The notes under the pieces were generated by a model. That model made no database searches and was not told where the DNA came from. It saw only the letters and a list, made by a program, of their open reading frames with translations. From positions 1 through 22,946 of the forward strand of contig DXJF01000136.1 in NCBI GenBank assembly GCA_019057375.1: a stretch of DNA of 22,946 nucleotides, written 5' to 3'. The DNA comes from Candidatus Heimdallarchaeota archaeon (GTDB lineage: Archaea > Asgardarchaeota > Heimdallarchaeia > Heimdallarchaeales > Heimdallarchaeaceae). Made by a program: the position numbers and the translations under genes. Shown piece after piece: positions 17,003-22,946 of this stretch (the stretch's first letter is position 1; the number at the start of each line of letters is the position of its first letter).

Positions 17003-18505
17003 TTAATTATCTAAACCAAGATTCGGATTTGGGGGTTCAGCTGCGAATCTATAAACTTTAGTCAAAGCTATTATGATGAAAGTTGTGATAAGAAGAAAGA
17101 TTCCAGATCCTGTTATTGTAATGACCAAACCTATTGAATCTGCAGTTAATCCTGATAATGCTAAACATGCAACACTTAATACCTGTATGTATGCATTCGT
17201 TGCACTATAAGCTCTTCCTCTAATTTCATTTGGAACATTTTCAGCAAATAAAGCATTGATAGCTAGACTGAACATTCCGTTGAAAAAGCCCATAGTTAAA
17301 CCTGCAAAAAGTAGAACAATGAATCCTGGTTTGAAGAAGAATACGAAGTAATATCCAGCAATTGCTATTGACCCAAGCAATATTGCTCTTGGCCTTCCTA
17401 TTTTTTTCTCGAATTTTCCAAAAATAAGATTTCCTAAAACTGACCCTAAGGCACTACTTGCACCAAGAAAGCCATACTGTTTGTCAGAGAGATTTCTCAA
17501 AACTTCCAAAAAGGAAGGTTGGTAATTTTCGAGTACCGCTCCGAAGTAATGTACAGCTAAATATGAAGGATTAGACCCTCTGAATACAGTTGATGGGATA
17601 TTGAAATACTGTATAGCTACTGCATTATGTTTTATTTCAAAGAGATATGGGAGTAAAAGCGGTCCAGCGAAAGCTGTTCCAATTATCAAGAAAGTAAATA
17701 AGAAAATTAACAGTCTAACAGTTGGGTGTTTAACCAGAAATGCAAACCCACTCTTCAAATCATTGAAAACTAATTTGAAACTAATTTTCTCTTCCTTTTC
17801 TCTTGAGGCTGAAGGTATAGTTGTAAAGTAAATAACTACAGCTGAAATGAAGAAACAACCACTTGTTATCCAGAATGTTTGTTCTTCCAATAAAACGTAA
17901 ATTGGTGCAGCAAAAATTGGTCCAAGCACAGCTAACGTTTGAAAGACTAATTGGCTGAGTGAAATAGCTTTGACATAGAGCCTCATTCCTGTTATCTCAG
18001 GTATTGCTGCAGAACGAGGAGCAACAAAGGTAGCAGAAGCAGCACCGAGAATGAAAGTAATAACTACTACACCATAAATAATTGTGTTGGTTGAAAAAAC
18101 ATAAGGAAGGAGTGGAAGCATTAGAATAGATATTCCTCTAATTATATCTGCTCCAATCATGATTGCTTTTCGACTTACTCTATCTGCAAAAACACCTGCA
18201 ATGGGACCGATAATTATCCATGGGATGGTTTGAGCTGCTAGAACTAATGTCATAGCTGTAGCTGATCCTGTCATACGATAGACAAAAAACATGATGGATA
18301 TTCTGAATATTGCATCACCAAAATTGCTAAAGAATTGACCGGACAACAATTTCATGAAATCTTTATTTCTAAATACATCTAAGTAAGTAGGTTCAGCCTC
18401 AGGAGAACTTATTGTTTCAGATGTTGGTTCAGCAGAAATCCCTTCTTCCAATGGAGATTTAGACGTATTTGGTGGGTCTGTTCCATCAGCATTCAAGATT
18501 TTCAC
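17003..18505 (-). CDS. MFS transporter (DHA3/MefA-EntS-like)
   Basis: FRNKDFMKLLSGQFFSNFGD, motif A GVFADRVSRKAIMIGADIIR, about 12 TMs, VPNEIRGRAYS. TATA box at 18541-18548 on the minus strand. Confidence 0.93.
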   Translation of the reverse strand: MKILNADGTDPPNTSKSPLEEGISAEPTSETISSPEAEPTYLDVFRNKDFMKLLSGQFFSNFGDAIFRISIMFFVYRMTGSATAMTLVLAAQTIPWIIIGPIAGVFADRVSRKAIMIGADIIRGISILMLPLLPYVFSTNTIIYGVVVITFILGAASATFVAPRSAAIPEITGMRLYVKAISLSQLVFQTLAVLGPIFAAPIYVLLEEQTFWITSGCFFISAVVIYFTTIPSASREKEEKISFKLVFNDLKSGFAFLVKHPTVRLLIFLFTFLIIGTAFAGPLLLPYLFEIKHNAVAIQYFNIPSTVFRGSNPSYLAVHYFGAVLENYQPSFLEVLRNLSDKQYGFLGASSALGSVLGNLIFGKFEKKIGRPRAILLGSIAIAGYYFVFFFKPGFIVLLFAGLTMGFFNGMFSLAINALFAENVPNEIRGRAYSATNAYIQVLSVACLALSGLTADSIGLVITITGSGIFLLITTFIIIALTKVYRFAAEPPNPNLGLDN

Positions 18506-18562
18506 GTTCTAAAATAATATTTAACGCACTTCTAGGGAACTATATAAATCTGATGAAATGAA

Positions 18563-19378
18563 TTATTTGAGACTATAGCTAAATATGTTTGAGTTGTCAT
18601 TTTCATTTTTCAAATTAGATTTGAAACGATACACCTTTCTCTTTATTTTTTCTTCCTCTTCATTTGTTATATTTTCAAGATACTTCCATAACAGAATTTG
18701 TTCATCTTTTTTCTTAAAATAGTCAGTAATTAATGAACCTACAACTACAGCTGCTGACTGTGTTACTTCAATTTTAGGAATGGATTTTGAATGAACCAAA
18801 TCATACCCTTTAATTTCCATGGCACTCAGTTTTTCCAGATGTTGAGGATATATTGACATCATATGATTAATTATCTGACAATATTGGTCCTTTAGTCGTA
18901 GAGTATACCCTAATTTCCTTATTTTGGATATGTAACCCTTCTGTATTAATTCAATCTGAATTTTTTTCATTTCATTATAGCTGAATGATTTTCCTCTGCT
19001 TAAACCCAACATATTTTCCCTAAGGATGTTAAAATGAGATTGTGATAATTTATCATATGCAGACGCTAACAGGTTATCAAGAATTGCAAGAAAGTTAACT
19101 GTTATCTGATTTCTTGTAAAGTGTTTACTATTATTTAACTTCTTAACAATTAATAATAATTGAAGGTTCTCAAATTGAGTTACAGCTTGAATAAGAAACT
19201 CTCTAGGGACATGTTCTTGAAGAACTTCAATCATCTCATCAATACATATTTGTACTTTCTCTTCCTGCTTTTCAAGTGATCGAAGAAACTTCTCTTTTGA
19301 ATCTATTTCTACGTCAATTAGTGAAGATATCAAATCTTTTTTCAATTCTTTAGTATCTCCTCTAATGGCTTCGGTCAT
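18563..19378 (-). CDS. Hypothetical helical protein, possibly with a central winged helix
   Basis: 271-aa open frame with protein-like composition. TATA-like box at 19409-19416, about 30 nt upstream. No family recognised. Confidence 0.7.
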   Translation of the reverse strand: MTEAIRGDTKELKKDLISSLIDVEIDSKEKFLRSLEKQEEKVQICIDEMIEVLQEHVPREFLIQAVTQFENLQLLLIVKKLNNSKHFTRNQITVNFLAILDNLLASAYDKLSQSHFNILRENMLGLSRGKSFSYNEMKKIQIELIQKGYISKIRKLGYTLRLKDQYCQIINHMMSIYPQHLEKLSAMEIKGYDLVHSKSIPKIEVTQSAAVVVGSLITDYFKKKDEQILLWKYLENITNEEEEKIKRKVYRFKSNLKNENDNSNIFSYSLK

Positions 19379-19581
19379 ATGTTCTTCAAAATATAATCTG
19401 TACTTTCATTTATATACGAGGAAAAAATTGACAATGAATCATAGAAAAAGAATAAATTAGCATAAAAAGTTGGCTGAATAATTATTTTACAGATACTAAA
19501 ATGATTAAATGAAAAATGATCGGATTGGAGAGAGTAATTAAGAAAGAATAAAAAGCGCGAGAAACTAGACAAAGCTTATAG

Positions 19582-19589
19582 AAAAAAAA
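19582..19589 (-). terminator. T8 run downstream of the PLP fold-II gene
   Basis: A8 on the + strand about 60 nt past the 19648 stop, with further A-runs nearby. Confidence 0.35.
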
Positions 19590-19647
19590 CGAAAAAGGAG
19601 TATGAAGAAGGTCTATCGCAAACCCTCAGAATTCATGCTCAATAACC

Positions 19648-21105
19648 TCAAATTTGCTCTACTTTTTCATTAAAAGTTACAATTAGCTCATCTATTGGAT
19701 CCACTGAATTTTGAATTGATTTCCAATAATCGGGTTCGTACCACTGAGCATTGAGCTCATCTAGATCTCTTGCTTGTTGTTCAATCCAGGTATAATACTT
19801 CAAATGATGAATCCTTTTTCTTTGTAAGTAATTAAGTTCAAGCATGTTATCTGTTTTTTGCCCCGCGATATTTGAATGAAAGGCTCGTAATGCATCATCG
19901 TTAGTAAAAACTCCTTGTTTCTCATTCATTTCATTCAATCTTGATTGATAGAGTTCCATTGAATCAGTAAAAACTGTAATAACGACATCTTTGTCTGTCA
20001 ATTCAAAATATTTAGCATATTTTATGGCCATTAACATGTTAGCTATACTTGATATCCCTAATAAATGCAATTGATCAATTATCTCAGCTGAAACGCCTTG
20101 TTCTATCAGATATTTATGACCCGCAGGTTCGTTAAATAATCTCATAATTTGCTGTGTATCTTTATCATCTATTGCTATTACCATATCTGTATTCCTCACA
20201 TTATGAATCCAAGGGATATGTTTGTCACCTATGCCTTCAATTGTGTGGGCTCCATACCCGTTCATTAACATTGTTGGGCATTGAAGAGCTTCACCTGCTA
20301 CAATGTTCATCCGAGGATAGGTTTTCTTGAGAAAATCACCACATGCAAGAGTTCCTGCTGAACCTGTGGTTAAAACCAAACCATGTGGATTATCACCATT
20401 TAATTCTGTGTCTAAGATTTCTTTTATTGCATTTCCAGTAACATCATAATGCCATAGATAATTCCCAAACTCATCAAACTGATTGAAAACAAAGATGTTA
20501 TCTCTAGTTTTCTTTAATTCCCAAACCTTATCGAAGATTTCCTTGACATTACTCTCACTCCCAGGCGTTTTAATTACTTCTCCTGCAACAGATTTTAACC
20601 ATTCAAATCTTTCTGCAGACATTTCTTCAGGGAGGATTGCAATAGATTCACAAGAAAGGAGAGTAGAATCGTATGCACCACCTCTACAATAATTTCCAGT
20701 GCTTGGCCAAACTGCTTTGTGGATTACAGCATTAAATTGACCAGTTATCAAACGAGGTACTAAGCAACCAAAAGTTGCACCAACTTTGTGCGCACCTGTT
20801 GGAAAGTATTTCCCTACTAAAGCTATAATTCTTGCTTCAACACCAGTTAGCTCTGGAGGTAACTCGATATAATTCGGTTTACCATATCCCCCCCCCTTTA
20901 CTATCGCTTCATTTTTCCATGTTATTCTAAAGAGATTTCTTGGATGTATGTCCCACAACCCTATACCTTTCAATTCTTCTATAATCTCCTTAGAAATTAA
21001 TTTTGGATTCTTCTGTTGAGCAAAAGTTGGGATAATAATGTTTCTTTCTTTAGCTCTTTGTAAGTTCTCCTCTAAACTTCTTTCATTTATGGTTAAATCA
21101 ATCAT
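19648..21105 (-). CDS. PLP-dependent fold-type II enzyme (cysteine synthase/threonine synthase/ammonia-lyase superfamily)
   Basis: Schiff-base Lys in FPTGAHKVG, substrate loop WPSTGNY, phosphate loop TTGSAGT, IEGIG. The track starts at TTG 21108. Confidence 0.85.
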   Translation of the reverse strand: MIDLTINERSLEENLQRAKERNIIIPTFAQQKNPKLISKEIIEELKGIGLWDIHPRNLFRITWKNEAIVKGGGYGKPNYIELPPELTGVEARIIALVGKYFPTGAHKVGATFGCLVPRLITGQFNAVIHKAVWPSTGNYCRGGAYDSTLLSCESIAILPEEMSAERFEWLKSVAGEVIKTPGSESNVKEIFDKVWELKKTRDNIFVFNQFDEFGNYLWHYDVTGNAIKEILDTELNGDNPHGLVLTTGSAGTLACGDFLKKTYPRMNIVAGEALQCPTMLMNGYGAHTIEGIGDKHIPWIHNVRNTDMVIAIDDKDTQQIMRLFNEPAGHKYLIEQGVSAEIIDQLHLLGISSIANMLMAIKYAKYFELTDKDVVITVFTDSMELYQSRLNEMNEKQGVFTNDDALRAFHSNIAGQKTDNMLELNYLQRKRIHHLKYYTWIEQQARDLDELNAQWYEPDYWKSIQNSVDPIDELIVTFNEKVEQI

Positions 21106-21239
21106 CAATTAGACTCAAAACTTGATATTTCTTTAAGTTTTCTAAGTTAGTTTTATAGGTGTTAAATCCACAATCTTCTCTTGAAACTGAAATTACTACA
21201 AATTTACTCATTTATGTCAATAAGATTCTTTTTTTCCGA

Positions 21240-21268
21240 CTTTGTTTTTTTTTCTATTAAAAACAAAG
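21240..21268. promoter_or_regulatory. Perfect 10-bp inverted repeat CTTTGTTTTT-N9-AAAAACAAAG between the divergent PLP genes
   Basis: Read directly; ends 17 nt upstream of a TTTTTATAA box (21286-21294). Confidence 0.5.
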
Positions 21269-21300
21269 ATTTCTTGAAACATAGCTTTTTATAACACTGA

Positions 21301-21333
21301 CTTTGAAGGAAAAACATTCCAAAAATTTCAAAG
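21301..21333. promoter_or_regulatory. Inverted repeat CTTTGAA-N19-TTCAAAG (with inner GGAA/TTCC) overlapping the aminotransferase SD
   Basis: Read directly; SD AAGGTG at 21331-21336. Confidence 0.4.
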
Positions 21334-21341
21334 GTGTTAAT

Positions 21342-22946
21342 TTGTTGCAGTCGAAAGAATCAGAGAATATCAAAAAACAGATTATTGAGAAATATGAATC
21401 ATTAACAATTAACTCAAAGAAGCATTTTGAGGAAGCAAATAAATGGCTTCCTGGTGGAGGTACAAGGAATGTTGCTCATTTCTATCCTTACCCTTTCTTT
21501 GTTACCAAAGGAGAAGGTTGTTACCTTTACGATCATGATGGTAATGAGTATATTGACTGTCTTAACAGTATGACTGTTAACATACATGGTCATGCTCACC
21601 CCAAGATAGTAGAGAACATACAAAAGCAAGCAAGTGAGGGTACTGCACACGCTGCCCCTATGAAACTTCAATATGAATTAGCAAAAATCATTTGCGAAAG
21701 AACTCCTTCAATTGAATTACTTCGATTCTGCAACTCTGGAACGGAAGCAACAATGTTTGCTATAAGAGCTGCAAGAGAATTCACTGGAAAAGACAAGATA
21801 ATTAAAACTGAAGGTGGTTATCATGGTTCACATGATTATGTGGAAGTAAACATAACACCTAATTTAACTGCAAAAGACTTGCCAATTGCAGCTGTGGAGA
21901 AAGGTGTTCCTGAAACGATTCTGCGTGATGTATTTATTGTTCCCTTCAATGACCTTGAAGCTGTAGAAAAGGTTATGAAAAAGCATCATAAGAAAATTGC
22001 TGCTATGATTCTAGAACCTGTACTGGGTTCAGGAGGAGGAGTTATTGCTTCAAAAGAGTATCTTCAAGGATTAAGGGAACTTACTACCAAATATAACATC
22101 TTGCTTATTTTTGATGAAGTTATCACTTTTCGATTATCTACAGGTGGTGCGCAAAAATATTTTGGAGTTATACCAGATTTAACAGCACTAGGAAAAACAA
22201 TAGGCGGTGGTTTACCAGTTGGAGTTTTTGGTGGAAGAAAAGAAGTTATTGATATTTTTAACCCAACAAAGAAGAATTTTGTTACACATTCAGGTACTTT
22301 TAGTGGAAATGCAATGACTATGATTGCAGGAAAAACGGCCTTAGAATTATATGATGAGATGGAAGTTAAGAGATTAGGAAAGTTGGGTGATCGCCTGCGT
22401 AAGGGACTGAAACAAGTGTTGAAAGATTTAGATATTAAAGGTCAAGTCAGTGGACTAGAATCCTTAGCTTATGTATATCTATTTGAAGAACCACTGTTGA
22501 ATGGAAGACAAACCGTTTTTAAACTCATCCCAACTTTAGATTTATCAAAATATTTAACTCTCGCATTAGCAATCAATGGTATTTATGCAGTTTCCAGAGG
22601 TGTAACTGCATTCATTTTATCAACTCCAATGGATGAAAAAATAATAGATGAGATAGTTATTCGATACAAAAAAGCAATGGAAATGGTTCTACCCTTGTAC
22701 AATGAGGTCAAGAATTATGAAGGGTTTGCTTCAATTATCGTTGCAATGCTAAAAGGGCTTAATTCTAATCCAAAATTCAGAAAAGATTACAAAGAAGATT
22801 CTTATTCACTTCTAATTGCAGCAAAAGAAGATCCAAAAGCTGTGATAGTAAAAATTAGCAGTGGAAAGGTAGATTTTGAACAAATAAATAACCTACCTGA
22901 AGAAATCAAAAATGCTAAGAGAAACAGTGATGGTTCAATAATTACA
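21342..22946 (+). CDS. Class III PLP aminotransferase (GSA-aminomutase-like fold) with a C-terminal extension; truncated at the window end
   Basis: Not in the ORF track because it has no stop in the window. TTG 21342 follows SD AAGGTG. Motifs PGGGTRN, FCNSGTEA, GGYHG, ILEPV, IFDEVITFR and DLTALGKTIGGGLPVG (Lys at 22194-22196). The frame is open for 535 codons. Confidence 0.95.
   Translation, partial: MLQSKESENIKKQIIEKYESLTINSKKHFEEANKWLPGGGTRNVAHFYPYPFFVTKGEGCYLYDHDGNEYIDCLNSMTVNIHGHAHPKIVENIQKQASEGTAHAAPMKLQYELAKIICERTPSIELLRFCNSGTEATMFAIRAAREFTGKDKIIKTEGGYHGSHDYVEVNITPNLTAKDLPIAAVEKGVPETILRDVFIVPFNDLEAVEKVMKKHHKKIAAMILEPVLGSGGGVIASKEYLQGLRELTTKYNILLIFDEVITFRLSTGGAQKYFGVIPDLTALGKTIGGGLPVGVFGGRKEVIDIFNPTKKNFVTHSGTFSGNAMTMIAGKTALELYDEMEVKRLGKLGDRLRKGLKQVLKDLDIKGQVSGLESLAYVYLFEEPLLNGRQTVFKLIPTLDLSKYLTLALAINGIYAVSRGVTAFILSTPMDEKIIDEIVIRYKKAMEMVLPLYNEVKNYEGFASIIVAMLKGLNSNPKFRKDYKEDSYSLLIAAKEDPKAVIVKISSGKVDFEQINNLPEEIKNAKRNSDGSIIT

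Noticed and set aside
19375-19572. 65-aa minus ORF with an ATGA overlap to the 271-aa gene
   Set aside because: Phe/Ser-rich translation of T-rich intergenic DNA, TTG start without an RBS, and it would run over the likely TATA box of the downstream gene.
13821-21671. Track ORFs 13821-14006, 14900-15121, 17601-17831, 20483-20692 and 21414-21671
   Set aside because: All are antisense to well-supported genes.
21342-22946. Gene symbol hemL
   Set aside because: HemL-specific motifs (PGGVNSPVRAF, DEVMTGFR) are absent and no tetrapyrrole genes are adjacent in the window.

Overview
AT-rich archaeal chromosomal segment, translated with the standard code. The archaeal evidence is tiaS, a two-AAA CDC48, an archaeal-type Hsp20, BRE/TATA promoters and GGTG/GAGGTG-type Shine-Dalgarno motifs. 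The gene mix suggests an Asgard lineage (Heimdallarchaeia-like), which is inference only. Left to right: the truncated 5' end of a sugar-phosphate nucleotidyltransferase (missed by the ORF track); a MacB/FtsX (type VII) ABC system with two large paralogous permeases and one ATPase; a secreted Tyr-rich protein with C2-like Ca2+ loops; tiaS; a heat-shock operon hsp20-cdc48-phr/HSR1-like regulator with a palindromic AC-N5-GT operator on its predicted transcription start; two small ORFs, the second bracketed by a duplicated copy of the tag promoter; a DNA-damage cluster (tag, SprT/Wss1-like metalloprotease, APH-type kinase, ogt); an F420-type PPOX oxidoreductase; an MFS transporter; an orphan; and a divergent pair of PLP enzymes. 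The second PLP enzyme (21342 to the window end, also missed by the ORF track) is a class III aminotransferase with an unusual SCP2-like C-terminal extension. I saw no rRNA, tRNA, CRISPR array or transposase. All family assignments come from motif recognition by eye, not from database searches.
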